The notes beneath the pieces are model-generated. The model saw only the letters and a list, made by a program, of their open reading frames with translations, made no database searches and was not told where the DNA came from. The translations under genes were made by a program, and so were the position numbers. Positions 50,826 to 60,749 of a stretch of DNA of 64,000 nucleotides are shown piece by piece. The number at the start of each line of letters is the position of its first letter. Within the stretch, counting starts at the first letter, position 1. This stretch comes from Tepidisphaera sp. (GTDB lineage Bacteria; Planctomycetota; Phycisphaerae; Phycisphaerales; UBA1924): contig CP051526.1 in NCBI GenBank assembly GCA_050916045.1, positions 800,001-864,000 on the forward strand, given 5' to 3'.

Positions 50826-51207
50826 GCACCTCCGTCTCCGGCCCAAGGCCGGGACTTCGTCCATTCGGTCGATGATAGGGTCTGGATTCCTGTCGTGCTT
50901 CGGACTTGCCGGGAACCCGTCCGGCCGTAGAACGAATAGGACACAAGCCGGCGCTCGGACCGTGGATTCACGGGCCGGGCGTGCGGCTGGGTCAGGCCGG
51001 GGGCGGGTGTCTCAGGCTGACTATGGTTGCTGGAGAGCGCTCGTTCGAGCGTTTCTCGTCGCGTCGATCTCTCGCACCGGCTTTGTTCCATGTCCACGCT
51101 CCGCGGAAACCGATGAGGTGACAGCTCGGGTGGTCTGGTTGGAAGGTCGAGGGATGGGGGCTTGGGTTTTGAGGTGGGTCTGAAGGTCTGATCGAGGAGT
51201 TCTTGAC

Positions 51208-52290
51208 ATGGCACACGCCCGTTCGCAGTCCCGAGGTTTCTCGCTGATCGAGCTTCTGGTGGTTATCGCCATCATCGCGTTGATCATCGCCATCGTGCTC
51301 CCCGCGCTGGGCGCGACGCGGGACATCGCCCGCAAGACCGCCACGCGCCAGCTCATCGAACAGCTGACCGCCGCCTGCTCACAGTTCCGCAACGACCAGC
51401 GCCGCATGCCGGGGTACTTCACGCCCCGCGAGATGGGCTCGGTCGAGAACGGCAACCGCGGCCTCAGCGGCGCCGAGAACATGATGCTCGACCTGCTCGG
51501 CAGCCCCTCGTCGGTCTCGACGACGCGTCCCGGCAACGCCGCAAACTACATCCAGGTCGGCCCCATGGCCAGCCGCGAGGTGTGGGTCGACCCCGATCAG
51601 CTCGGCACCGGCAAGTCCGGCGGCTACTTCACGCCCACCGGCACCAACTACAAAGCCCAGATCCGCGGCACGCAGCAGATGGTGCTTGATCCCGGCGGCT
51701 CCGGCCACGCCGGCGCGACCGAAGACGACCGCCAGCTCAAGGACATCGTCGACGCCTGGGGCCAGCCCCTGCTCGTCTGGTCGCTCGATGAACAGTCCGC
51801 GTTCCCCGTCGAGAACATCGACGACTTCGCCCGCATCTCCCCGCAGGGGAACAACGGGTACGCCCGTTTCTACGTGAACCAGAACTCCTGCTTCGTCAAC
51901 GCGACGCAGCTCGGCAGGAAGGCCACGAACCAGACCGACGCGGACAAGGGAAGCATGCTCTCAACCGAGGTTCCCGCGAACCGCGCGGCCACGTCCCTTG
52001 CGGGCATGGCGGGCCAGCCCTCAAGCCTCCGTTCGCAGGACGCCACCGCGAACTACACCAACATGCTCCCCACGCAGGGCCGCGGCACGCTGATCGTCCA
52101 GTCCGCGGGGTCCAACGGCACGTACCTGGGCCGCAGCGAGCGCGGCGGCAAGAACGCCAACGGCATCCTCTACTTTGGCCTCAACTTCAAGGGCGTCGAC
52201 AACCAGCCGCTCCAGAACAATTCCGGCGGCAACCAAGCGGCCGACCTCCGCGAAGCGTTCGACGACATCATCGCCGCCGCCGGCAACTGA
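51208..52290 (+). CDS. Prepilin-type N-terminal cleavage/methylation (type II secretion/pilin-like) protein
   Basis: GFSLIELLVVIAIIALIIAIVLPAL; DAWGQP; GAGGAG RBS. Confidence 0.9.
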   Translation: MAHARSQSRGFSLIELLVVIAIIALIIAIVLPALGATRDIARKTATRQLIEQLTAACSQFRNDQRRMPGYFTPREMGSVENGNRGLSGAENMMLDLLGSPSSVSTTRPGNAANYIQVGPMASREVWVDPDQLGTGKSGGYFTPTGTNYKAQIRGTQQMVLDPGGSGHAGATEDDRQLKDIVDAWGQPLLVWSLDEQSAFPVENIDDFARISPQGNNGYARFYVNQNSCFVNATQLGRKATNQTDADKGSMLSTEVPANRAATSLAGMAGQPSSLRSQDATANYTNMLPTQGRGTLIVQSAGSNGTYLGRSERGGKNANGILYFGLNFKGVDNQPLQNNSGGNQAADLREAFDDIIAAAGN

Positions 52291-52321
52291 CCGCACCGTC
52301 CGACATCACGCAACCTTCCAC

Positions 52322-52348
52322 AAACCCCGGGCCCGACCCGGGGTTTTT
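52322..52348 (+). terminator. Intrinsic terminator
   Basis: AAACCCCGGG-CCCGA-CCCGGGGTTTTT. Confidence 0.8.
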
Positions 52349-52425
52349 CACGCGCCGCCGCACACATCTGTGCCACGTTCGCCCCCCGCTTGACGCCGAG
52401 TCCGCCACGTGTCAGCCTGTAGGCA

Positions 52426-54996
52426 TTGCGCCAGGATTCGAGCCATCCCGAGCGGTCCGCTGTCTTGCTCCCGCCGAGCCTCGCGGCGCGGCGTCGCGCG
52501 CTGGCGGCGGTGCTCGCATGGATCTGCGGCACGCTGATCGCTTCCGCCCTCGCGGTGCCGGCGTGGTGGTGGTGGGCGGGCGCGAGCTTCGCCGTCCTCG
52601 CGTCGGCGCTCCTTCGCGGACGCGGCTCGCTCCTCGCGTGCGCCTTCGCCGCTGCGTTCCTCGCGGCCGGATGGTTCAGTCACCGCATCGATTCGCCCGA
52701 TCCGCTCGCGCTGAACACCATCCTCAAGCAAGCAAGCCACGCACCCGATCACCCGACGCTGATCACCGTCCACGCCACGATCACCGAACCTCCGCGCTTC
52801 GCGGATCCCGCGCCCGGCGTGCTTTCTCGCTTCGCCCCGTCGCAGTCCCCGCGGCTCCGCATGATCGCCCGAGTTCGCTCGATCGAGACGGCCGAGGGGT
52901 CGGTGCGAGCACACGGCGAGATCTCGGTGTGGATCGAGACGGACAAGCCGCCGGACATGGACCTCGGCCACGGCCGGCCCGTCAAGCTCACCGGCATCTA
53001 CACGCCGGTCACCCCCGCGCTCAACCCCGGGCAGCCCGACCGCGTCCGCCTCGCGCGACAAGCAGGCCGCGTCGGCTCGCTCTCGCTCACAAGCACGTCG
53101 CTCATCCTCCCCGCGCGGCACGACTCCTGGTCCGACCACGCCGCCGCCGCATCCCGCCGATTCCTCGCGATGTTCCGCGAGCGTGCTTCGCGTGCTCTCG
53201 ACGCCGCGACCCCCGAGGGCGAATCGCGTGCCCTCGTGAAAGCTCTCATCCTCGGCGAAGGCGATCCCGGCCTCGACGAAGCCGCCGCGATCTTCTCGCG
53301 CTTGGGCATCGTCCACATCCTCTCGATCTCGGGATTCCACGTCTCCGCCATGGCGCTCTTTGTCTCATTCCTCGTCCGCTTGCTCGGCGAACGCGGCCGG
53401 TGGCAGACGGCGCTTCTCGCCCTGCCGATCTTCGCGTACCTCCTGCTCGTCCCCGCGCAAGCCCCGGTGCTGCGAGCGGGCGTCCTCGCGCTGGTCATCA
53501 TCCTCGCCGAGCTCGCTTCCCGCCGCTACGACCAAGCGACGCTCCTCCTCTGGACGTGCATCGGCCTGCTCATCTGGCGGCCGATGGATCTCTGGTCGCT
53601 GGGCTTTCAGCTCTCCTGCGGCATGACCCTTGCACTGCTCTGGATCGGCCCTCTCGCTCACGACAAGCTCTGGGGCGCCCGCGTCATCATCCCCGGTGCC
53701 TGGCGCCGCGTCACACCCCTCCGGCTCTTCACCGGCGCCCTCACCTCCGCCGCGAGCGTCTCGCTCCTCTGCTGGTCCCTCTCAACGCCCCTCGTCGCCT
53801 GGCGCACGGGCCAGGTTTCGCTCCTCGCCGTGATCGCAAGCGTGCTCCTCGCCCCCGTCTTCGCCGCCCTCATGTACCTCTCCTTCGCCGCGCTTCTCAT
53901 CGGCATCCTCATCCCGCCCGTCGCAAGCGTCGTCTCATGGACGGTCGGCGTGGCGGTGGGGGAGCTCGCCCGCCTTGCCCTCGCTCTCGCTTCCGCCCTC
54001 GACGCGATCCCCGCAAGCTCATTCCTCTCCCCGCCCATCCCCTGGTGGGCCGCCCTCGCGCTCACCGCTTCCATCCTCTGGTGGTGGGTGCGCGGCGACC
54101 GCCGCTCGCCGGTGTCGTGGGCCGTCGCCGCGGCGAGCGTCGCGATCCTCGCCGCCGGGATCACGCTTACCACCCGCCTCCCGCGCGATGTCATCCTCCG
54201 TCTCGACACCCTCGCCGTCGCCGACGGCTCCTGCCACATCGTCCGCTCCGGCGATCAAGCTCTCCTCTGGGACTGCGGCTCGCTCCGGCCCGGCGTCGGC
54301 GTCCGTGAGCTTCCCGCCGCCATGCGGGCTCTGGGGATCTGGCGCATCCCGACCGCCGTCATCTCCCACGGCGACTACGACCATTACGCCGCACTCCCTG
54401 ACCTCGCCGATCGCATCGGCCTGAGGCGTGTTCTCGTCGGCGACCGCTTCCTCGCCCGCGCCGCCGCTTCACCCGAAGGCCCCGCCGCCGCGCTCCTCCA
54501 AGCCCTCCGCGAACGCTCGATCGACGTCATCCCGATCTCCGCCGCCCACCACGAAGCCCTCGGGCCGGTGCGCATCACCTTCCTCTCGCCGCCGGCTTCC
54601 GCCCCGTGGCCCACCGAGAACGACCACTCCCTCGTCGCCCGCTTCGACGCTGAGCCCGACGCCCCCGCTCTGCTTCTCCTCACCGGCGACATCCAGTCCG
54701 CCGCGATCGCCTCCCTCCGAGACCGCTTCCCCGACCTCCAAGCCCGCGCCGTGGAAGCCCCGCACCACGGCTCCAACCGCTCCGACGCCGCCGCCTGGGT
54801 CTCCTCCCTCTCGCCCCAAGCCGTCGTTCAGTCCACCGGCGTCACCCGCGCCTTCGCCGCTTCCGCTTCCGTCTGGGACGACGTGAAAGCCCGTTCCCGC
54901 TGGATGACAACCGCCCGCGACGGCGCCATCCGCATCGACATCCCGCGACAGGGCCCCCTCCGCGCCTCCGCCTTCCGCCTCGAACCCGCGCCCTAA
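52426..54996 (+). CDS. comEC: ComEC/Rec2 DNA-uptake competence protein
   Basis: HILSISGFHV, PVLRA, GFQLS; metallo-beta-lactamase domain ISHGDYDH, LLTGD, PHHGS; start position uncertain. Confidence 0.88.
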   Translation: MRQDSSHPERSAVLLPPSLAARRRALAAVLAWICGTLIASALAVPAWWWWAGASFAVLASALLRGRGSLLACAFAAAFLAAGWFSHRIDSPDPLALNTILKQASHAPDHPTLITVHATITEPPRFADPAPGVLSRFAPSQSPRLRMIARVRSIETAEGSVRAHGEISVWIETDKPPDMDLGHGRPVKLTGIYTPVTPALNPGQPDRVRLARQAGRVGSLSLTSTSLILPARHDSWSDHAAAASRRFLAMFRERASRALDAATPEGESRALVKALILGEGDPGLDEAAAIFSRLGIVHILSISGFHVSAMALFVSFLVRLLGERGRWQTALLALPIFAYLLLVPAQAPVLRAGVLALVIILAELASRRYDQATLLLWTCIGLLIWRPMDLWSLGFQLSCGMTLALLWIGPLAHDKLWGARVIIPGAWRRVTPLRLFTGALTSAASVSLLCWSLSTPLVAWRTGQVSLLAVIASVLLAPVFAALMYLSFAALLIGILIPPVASVVSWTVGVAVGELARLALALASALDAIPASSFLSPPIPWWAALALTASILWWWVRGDRRSPVSWAVAAASVAILAAGITLTTRLPRDVILRLDTLAVADGSCHIVRSGDQALLWDCGSLRPGVGVRELPAAMRALGIWRIPTAVISHGDYDHYAALPDLADRIGLRRVLVGDRFLARAAASPEGPAAALLQALRERSIDVIPISAAHHEALGPVRITFLSPPASAPWPTENDHSLVARFDAEPDAPALLLLTGDIQSAAIASLRDRFPDLQARAVEAPHHGSNRSDAAAWVSSLSPQAVVQSTGVTRAFAASASVWDDVKARSRWMTTARDGAIRIDIPRQGPLRASAFRLEPAP

Positions 54997-55014
54997 GCCA
55001 CGTACCCTCCGCTC

Positions 55015-56121
55015 ATGTTCGTCATCCGCCACGCTTCCCTCACCGACCTCGACGATCTGCACTCCCTCGCCAAGCAGACGTTCTTCATCAACCTCCCCCC
55101 CGATCGCGACATCATCGCCCACAAGATCGAGCAAAGCACCGCCAGCTTCCGCCGACTCCTCACCAAAGCCCCCGCCGCGCCCACCACCATCCGCAGCGCC
55201 CCAACCGCCGACCGCCCCCACGCCGCCGGCATCAAAGCCCTCACCTCCAACTCCGACCTCTTCCTCCTCGTCCTCGAGGATGTCGAAGGCCGCGGCGTCA
55301 TCGGCACCTCCCAGGTCATCGCCCGTATGGGAAGCCCCGCCAACCCCCGCGTCTCGCTCGAACTCGGCACCCTCAGCCGCCGGAGCGAATCCCTCAAGAT
55401 CGAGTGGACCCACCAGACCGCCAAGGTCGCCCGCGACGACACCGGCCCCAGCGAGATCGGCGGCCTCATCTTGAACCACGCCTTCCGCGGCCACAAGCTC
55501 AGGCTCGGCCGATTCCTCAGCTTTACCCGCTTCCATCTCATGGGCCTCTTCCGCTCACGCTTCGCCGACCGCGTGATCGCCGAGATGCTCGGGCCCATCG
55601 ACAAGGAAGGCTACAACCCCTTCTTCGAGAAGTTCACGCGTCACTACATCCCGCGCTCCTTCGCCGAGGTCTACCGCTTCAGCCAGACGAGCAAGGAGTT
55701 CGTGACCGGCCTGCTCCCCACCGGCGCGATCGACCTCTCGATCATGGACCCCGAGGTCGCCAACGCCGCCGGAGCCGTCAGCGAGGACACCCTCCCCGCC
55801 CGCAAGCTCCTCGAACGCCTCGGCTTTGAGGACAAGGGCCACATCGACCCCTTGGACGGCGGACCGCACCTCGACGCCGTCACCGACAAGATCTCCCTCG
55901 TCCAAGCCACCCGCAAGCTCAAGGGCCTGGTCGCCGCCCCAGCACGCTCGATCAAAAGCCCCAAGGACCTCATCGTCAGCACGCTGAGCACCAACGCCGA
56001 GTTCCGAGCCGTGCAGACGCAGGGCCTCCTCACCCCCGCCGGGAAAGCCACACTCCGCCCCGACGCTCTCAAGCTCCTCGGCGACGGCCCCCACGCCACC
56101 ATCGGCGCGACGACGCTCTGA
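55015..56121 (+). CDS. astA: Arginine N-succinyltransferase family protein
   Basis: FINLPPD, SEIGGLIL, LSFTRF, RVIAEM, NPFF and IDPLDGGPH. Confidence 0.75.
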   Translation: MFVIRHASLTDLDDLHSLAKQTFFINLPPDRDIIAHKIEQSTASFRRLLTKAPAAPTTIRSAPTADRPHAAGIKALTSNSDLFLLVLEDVEGRGVIGTSQVIARMGSPANPRVSLELGTLSRRSESLKIEWTHQTAKVARDDTGPSEIGGLILNHAFRGHKLRLGRFLSFTRFHLMGLFRSRFADRVIAEMLGPIDKEGYNPFFEKFTRHYIPRSFAEVYRFSQTSKEFVTGLLPTGAIDLSIMDPEVANAAGAVSEDTLPARKLLERLGFEDKGHIDPLDGGPHLDAVTDKISLVQATRKLKGLVAAPARSIKSPKDLIVSTLSTNAEFRAVQTQGLLTPAGKATLRPDALKLLGDGPHATIGATTL

Positions 56122-56128
56122 CTGGGTC

Positions 56129-56156
56129 AAAAAAGAGACGACCGCGCCAGCGGTCG
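56129..56156 (-). terminator. Probable intrinsic terminator
   Basis: CGACCGC-GCCA-GCGGTCG with a T-tract on the minus strand, between convergent genes. Confidence 0.55.
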
Positions 56157-56209
56157 CCAAGTGTTCCTTTGAGACGGTCAGATACCCCGATCGCTCTCGC
56201 GATCGTCTC

Positions 56210-57499
56210 TCACATCAGCCGCTCGCGGCCCAGCTCTTCCACCAGCGCCTCGGCCAGCCGGTGATACTCATCCACCGTGTTGTACACCTGGGCGCTGATG
56301 CGGAGCACGCGCGTCGGTCCCGGCCGGTCCATCGTCTGGAAAGACCAGATCGGCACCACGCAACCGTGACGCTCAACCAGCGCATCCTGCAGCGCATCGT
56401 CGTACTTCGTCGGCCGAACGCCCGCGGGCGGATCGGGAAGCGGAAGCGTCGCCATCGTCCCCGTCATCGATTCCGGCGACGGGTCGGCGATGCCCAGAGC
56501 ATCGCACAGGATCCGCCGGCCCTTCATCACAAGCTCATGGTTCGCCGCGTACAGCGCATCCCACCCGCCGGGCAGAAGCCCGTCGAAGAACTCAATCGCC
56601 GCGGGCACCGAAAGCACGCCCGTGTAATCGTCCGTCCCCATGTAGTCAAAGTCGCGGAGGAACAGCGCCCGCTCCGGCCGAACCTTGTGGGCCCGGCTCG
56701 ACAAGCACACCGGCCGCATCGCCGCGTGCTTCGCCACCGGCACGTACAGGAACCCCGTCCCCTTCGGAGCGCTCACCCACTTGTGGAAGCTGCCCACGAA
56801 GTAGTCCGGATCCATCGCCGCGATGTCGACCGGGATCTGCCCGGGAGCGTGCGTGCCGTCCACCAGGATCTCAACGCCCTTGCTCTTGGCAAGCTTCACG
56901 ATCCGGTCGATCGGGAAGATCAGGCTGGTCGCGCTGGTGATCCAGGAGATCATCATGAGGCGCGTCCGGGGCGTCATCGCCGCGCGGATCGAGTCCACGA
57001 CCTGATCGTCATTGGCGATCGGGAACGGAACCTTCGCCGTGACGACCTTGACGCCCTTGGCGGCGGCGATCCGGCCAAGCTCGTTCAAGCCCGACATGTA
57101 CTCGTGGTCGGTGACGAGGATCTCATCCCCGGCTTTCCACTCGATCGAGTTGAAGACCGTCGCGATGGCGACCGTCGCGTTGACCATCGGAGCGATCGTC
57201 TCGGGGGGGCAGTTCACGAACCGCCCGACCTTGACCCGCATCTCGTCCATCAGGTTCTCAAGGTCGACCTTGTAAAACCGCACCGCGTCCCGCTCCACCC
57301 GCGCCCGAAGGTCGCTCTGGTACTTGAGCACCACGTTCGGCACCGCGCCGTAGCTCCCGTGATTCAGGAACGTCAGCGCCGGGTCGATCGACCAGTGGCT
57401 GGCCATGATCGATCGCGCCGAAGCACGCCCCGACCCGGAGGTCACGGCGGTCGTCGCGGAAGCGGTGGAGGACGGGCTGGTTCGTGCGAATGCGCTCAC
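56210..57499 (-). CDS. Class V PLP-dependent enzyme (isopenicillin-N epimerase / EgtE-like C-S lyase)
   Basis: FLNHGSYGA, VDGTHAPG, GSFHKW (PLP lysine), GTDDY and LRISAQVYN; start uncertain (GTG 57499 or ATG 57406). Confidence 0.85.
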   Translation of the reverse strand: MSAFARTSPSSTASATTAVTSGSGRASARSIMASHWSIDPALTFLNHGSYGAVPNVVLKYQSDLRARVERDAVRFYKVDLENLMDEMRVKVGRFVNCPPETIAPMVNATVAIATVFNSIEWKAGDEILVTDHEYMSGLNELGRIAAAKGVKVVTAKVPFPIANDDQVVDSIRAAMTPRTRLMMISWITSATSLIFPIDRIVKLAKSKGVEILVDGTHAPGQIPVDIAAMDPDYFVGSFHKWVSAPKGTGFLYVPVAKHAAMRPVCLSSRAHKVRPERALFLRDFDYMGTDDYTGVLSVPAAIEFFDGLLPGGWDALYAANHELVMKGRRILCDALGIADPSPESMTGTMATLPLPDPPAGVRPTKYDDALQDALVERHGCVVPIWSFQTMDRPGPTRVLRISAQVYNTVDEYHRLAEALVEELGRERLM

Positions 57500-57571
57500 G
57501 TTGCAAGTATCGGCATCCACCCCCGACTTTGACAAGCGATCACACAAGATTTCTGACCGACTTTCGCGACA

Positions 57572-58702
57572 TCACTGAAGCGTCTTCACGTCGCCCTTGG
57601 GCACCACCTGCGCCAGCGTCGGAAGCAGGTAGTTCCGCCCCCCGTACACGAACACCCGTCCGCTCACCTGCACCACCAGATCATCCCCGCGCGACGCCGC
57701 AAGCTCATCCAGCTTCTGCGCCATCCGGCACCGCAAAAGCACCATCGGTGCCGGCGCCGCCGACGTCGAATCCCCGTCAAAAGCCACCATCAGCGGACCC
57801 GAAGCCACCCGCGTCAGACGCGCCCGCTTGTTGAAAAGCACCGACCCCTCCGCCGTCACCGTCTCCGGCTTCTCTTCCGCTTCCACCGGCTTTTTGTCCG
57901 GATTTGCCTGCTCGCGCTCGGCCGAAGCCGCCGCCTGCTTGGTCGTAACCTCCGGCGCCTTCGCCGAACCGCGCTTGGTCTCAAGGTCGTTGATCAGGTC
58001 CGCCACCGCCGGATCCGAAGCCAGGCCCGTCGCCTTCCCGTCGCCCGCCCCCGCAGCCGTCTCCGCCGGCTTGCCACCCTTCGAAGTGTCCTCTGGGGTC
58101 TTCGCCTGCGCCGGCGCCTCACCGATCTGCCGATCCACCGAGTACACCGTCGGCAGGATGTACTGCCGGTCGAAATACACGTACACCTCGCCGCTCAGCA
58201 CCACCGTGGACGTCTCCGCGAAGACCCCCGGCGCGGCTTCAAGCCGGGCCAGCGTCTGCGTCGGCAGGACCACCATCGGGGCTTCGCCCCGACCCTTCGC
58301 ATCCCGCGCCGGCACAAACACCACATCGCCCGTGCTCGCTTTCACAAGCTTGCCCGACCGCTTGGACAGAAACGTCCCCTCCGGATAGAACCGCCGTTTG
58401 GGAAGCGACGGGTCCTCCTTGGCCAACCCCGGGATCGTTCCGGTCGTCTTCGGTGCCGCGAGCGGCTTGCCCTTTTCCGTCGTGGGCGTCAGCACCGCTG
58501 GCGTCTCTCGCGTCGGAGCGATCTTCGGCGGTTCGGCCGGCCGGATCACCGTCGGCTCCGTACCGGGTGTCGCCGCCGGGCTCGTCGCGGGCGCAGGCGA
58601 GGTCGGAGCCGGGCTCGGAGCAGGCGTCGCGGGCTGTGCCAGCCCCACGCCTGCGGCCATCATGACTCCACAAAGCCCACGTCCGATCATCCGTGCGTCC
58701 AT
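57572..58702 (-). CDS. Secreted hypothetical protein with Pro/Ala-rich linker and an internally duplicated domain
   Basis: Signal-like N-terminus; two copies of EG(T/S)xL...APMV(V/L)L...SG(E/R)V(Y/F)VY..R(Q/N)Y(I/L)LPT. Confidence 0.75.
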   Translation of the reverse strand: MDARMIGRGLCGVMMAAGVGLAQPATPAPSPAPTSPAPATSPAATPGTEPTVIRPAEPPKIAPTRETPAVLTPTTEKGKPLAAPKTTGTIPGLAKEDPSLPKRRFYPEGTFLSKRSGKLVKASTGDVVFVPARDAKGRGEAPMVVLPTQTLARLEAAPGVFAETSTVVLSGEVYVYFDRQYILPTVYSVDRQIGEAPAQAKTPEDTSKGGKPAETAAGAGDGKATGLASDPAVADLINDLETKRGSAKAPEVTTKQAAASAEREQANPDKKPVEAEEKPETVTAEGSVLFNKRARLTRVASGPLMVAFDGDSTSAAPAPMVLLRCRMAQKLDELAASRGDDLVVQVSGRVFVYGGRNYLLPTLAQVVPKGDVKTLQ

Positions 58703-58742
58703 GGTCCATCGTATCGGCGTTCGGCTCCGCCACGCGTCGCTA

Positions 58743-58771
58743 TTGACCCCCGGCCCAAACCCTCGTAGCCT
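58743..58771 (+). promoter_or_regulatory. sigma70-type promoter of tRNA-Cys
   Basis: TTGACC-17 bp-TAGCCT. Confidence 0.65.
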
Positions 58772-58806
58772 CTCCCCCGCGGCGCGGTCTTTCCCGCCGC
58801 CCACCC

Positions 58807-58887
58807 GGTCGGGTGCCAGAGTGGTCAAATGGACCGGTTTGCAAAACCGGTGCGCAAGCTTCGTGGGTTCGAATCCCACCCCGACCT
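58807..58887 (+). tRNA. tRNA-Cys(GCA) with long variable arm; CCA not encoded
   Basis: Acceptor GGTCGGG/CCCGACC plus T73; D arm CCAG-AGTGGTCAA-ATGG; anticodon arm CCGGT-TTGCAAA-ACCGG; 12-nt variable region TGCGCAAGCTTC; T arm GTGGG-TTCGAAT-CCCAC. Confidence 0.93.
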
Positions 58888-59109
58888 TTCCCCGCCGCCC
58901 GCTTCAGGGTCGGCCGGACCCCCCGGTCCAACCCCCTCTACCCCAACCCGCGCCCACCCCTGCAGGTCCTTTTGGACCGTTTATGCCGTTGGTACCGCTT
59001 GGGCCCACCTTTGTGCCGTGTGGGGCCGTCGATTCGCTTGACTGCTTCTCCGATCGTCCCGATATCCGGACGTGTCGCTTGCTGCGATGAAGGAGAGGAG
59101 ATCAAGACC

Positions 59110-59949
59110 ATGAGAACGACGATCCCCGACCATGTCGCGCCCGTGCTGGTCCGTCTCGGACGCGGTTCGGCCATCTCCTCGGTCTTCGTCGCCGCGTGCC
59201 TGATCGTCCAGATGCTCGTCTTCGGCTTCGTCCACTTCACCGACGCCCGCTTCGAGCCCGCTCCGGTCGCCGAAACCCCGCCCCGCGTCGTCACCGCCAA
59301 GACCCCCGAAGCCAACCCCGAGCCCGCTCCGCTCGTCCCTCGCGTGCCCAGCCGCTGGGACTCGGTCATGCGCAACTTCGCGAGCACGGGCGCCTGGGTC
59401 GGCACCGTCGCATGCCTCATGCTCATGGCCCAGTTCACGCTCGCCGTCGCCGTGACCGCAAGCACCGCCGCTCCGGGCGTCGACCGGATCGTCTCGGCGT
59501 TCCACTGGGGACTGCTGGTGACCCTGGTCAGCCTGCCCCTCCACATGATCATCCCGGCTTTCCCCACCATCGGCGTCTTCGTCGGCTACGACACCATGGC
59601 CGCCGCCAGTGAGCGGGCCGTCGCCAACGGCGGCGACCCCATGCTCATCGTCAGCTTGGTCGTCGTCCCCTTCCTCGCGCTCTTCGCCCTCATTCTCGCC
59701 CACGCCCGCATCCGCCAGGGCATCCACGCCGGCGTCCTGGTCCAAAGCGTCAGCCAGTTCGACCAGCGGATCGAGGAGGAGATCGCCCGGGTCCGCGCCG
59801 AAGGCGTCGGAAGCAACATCGGCCCGCGGGCCATCGGCGTCGTCGGAGCCCCTGTCGGTCTTGCTCCGACCACGCCCGACCCCCAGGGCTCCGCGACGCT
59901 CCGCCGCGAGATCGACGACCTAGTGCGCGGCGGGCGCCGACCGATCTGA
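59110..59949 (+). CDS. Hypothetical membrane protein (about 4 TM helices)
   Basis: GAGGAG RBS before ATG 59110; four hydrophobic segments. Confidence 0.7.
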   Translation: MRTTIPDHVAPVLVRLGRGSAISSVFVAACLIVQMLVFGFVHFTDARFEPAPVAETPPRVVTAKTPEANPEPAPLVPRVPSRWDSVMRNFASTGAWVGTVACLMLMAQFTLAVAVTASTAAPGVDRIVSAFHWGLLVTLVSLPLHMIIPAFPTIGVFVGYDTMAAASERAVANGGDPMLIVSLVVVPFLALFALILAHARIRQGIHAGVLVQSVSQFDQRIEEEIARVRAEGVGSNIGPRAIGVVGAPVGLAPTTPDPQGSATLRREIDDLVRGGRRPI

Positions 59950-60008
59950 TCCCGAGTCCACTCGGCAACCGAGGACGACCAAGAGCCCAGTACGGAAATG
60001 ATCACGAC

Positions 60009-60044
60009 AAAAAAGCACAAGGCCGACCCAGAGGGCCGGCCTTG
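60009..60044 (-). terminator. Intrinsic terminator of the PEP-CTERM gene
   Basis: CAAGGCCGACCC-AGA-GGGCCGGCCTTG with a T6 tract on the minus strand. Confidence 0.7.
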
Positions 60045-60068
60045 CGTGACTTTCAGGAATCTGCGAAC

Positions 60069-60749
60069 TTAGCGGCGGCGACGGAAGGCAAGCACGCTAC
60101 CGGCGGCGAGAAGAGCCATCGAGCCGGGGGTCGGGACGATCGTGATCGACACGCCCGAACCGAAGACCTTCTTCTCGATGAAGGCGACGCCGCCCGCACC
60201 GGAGATCGCGACAAGGTCGTTGTCGACGACGACGTGGATCCGGGTCCAGCCGGGGTTCTGACCGGAGAGGTCAACGCCCGCTTCGCCGTTCCAGTTGCCG
60301 AAGCCCTCGCCCTGAATCGGGCTGCCGGGGTTCGTGACGATTTCATCGTCGAGGGTCACGCCCGTGTTGAGGTTCGTGACGAACAGGCCGCCGCTGGCGG
60401 AAACCTGGCCACCGTCACCCACGATGCCGTAGTCGCCGAACTCGGAGATGCGAATCCCAGAGATCAGGAAGCCGGCGTTGGCGAACAGGTCGAACTCGAG
60501 GCGGTCGCCCACCACGCTCGCGCTGCCGTTCACGGACTGCGCCCGGAAATTCGACGGAAAGAAGACGAACGTGTTGCCGTTCACGAGGACGGGGTTGCCG
60601 AAGCGACCCTCACGCGAGCCGCCGTTGGCCCAGGTGAAGTTCCCACCAGCCCCGTTCGGCTGATCCCAAGGAACGAACGCCAGCGCGGATCCGGCCGAAG
60701 CCGCGATCGCAGCCAGACCGGCCAGAGTGTAGATGCTGTTCAACTTCAT
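60069..60749 (-). CDS. PEP-CTERM (exosortase-target) surface protein
   Basis: GGAGG RBS, signal peptide, C-terminus VPTPG-hydrophobic-RRRR*. Confidence 0.9.
   Translation of the reverse strand: MKLNSIYTLAGLAAIAASAGSALAFVPWDQPNGAGGNFTWANGGSREGRFGNPVLVNGNTFVFFPSNFRAQSVNGSASVVGDRLEFDLFANAGFLISGIRISEFGDYGIVGDGGQVSASGGLFVTNLNTGVTLDDEIVTNPGSPIQGEGFGNWNGEAGVDLSGQNPGWTRIHVVVDNDLVAISGAGGVAFIEKKVFGSGVSITIVPTPGSMALLAAGSVLAFRRRR

Noticed and set aside
50870..51207. Riboswitch in the long leader of the prepilin gene (also the leaders at 21900-22016 and 47000-47323)
   Set aside because: No recognisable c-di-GMP, T-box or other conserved riboswitch motif by eye; an Rfam cmscan would be needed to exclude one
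58807..58887. tRNA as tRNA-Sec/selC*-type or as an island integration site
   Set aside because: Stems are the standard 7/5, and there is no integrase or duplicated tRNA 3' end in the window
58813..59109. Upstream extensions of ORFs 58813-59949 and 57572-58879
   Set aside because: They overlap the tRNA gene; better starts exist at 59110 (RBS) and 58702 (-10 element)
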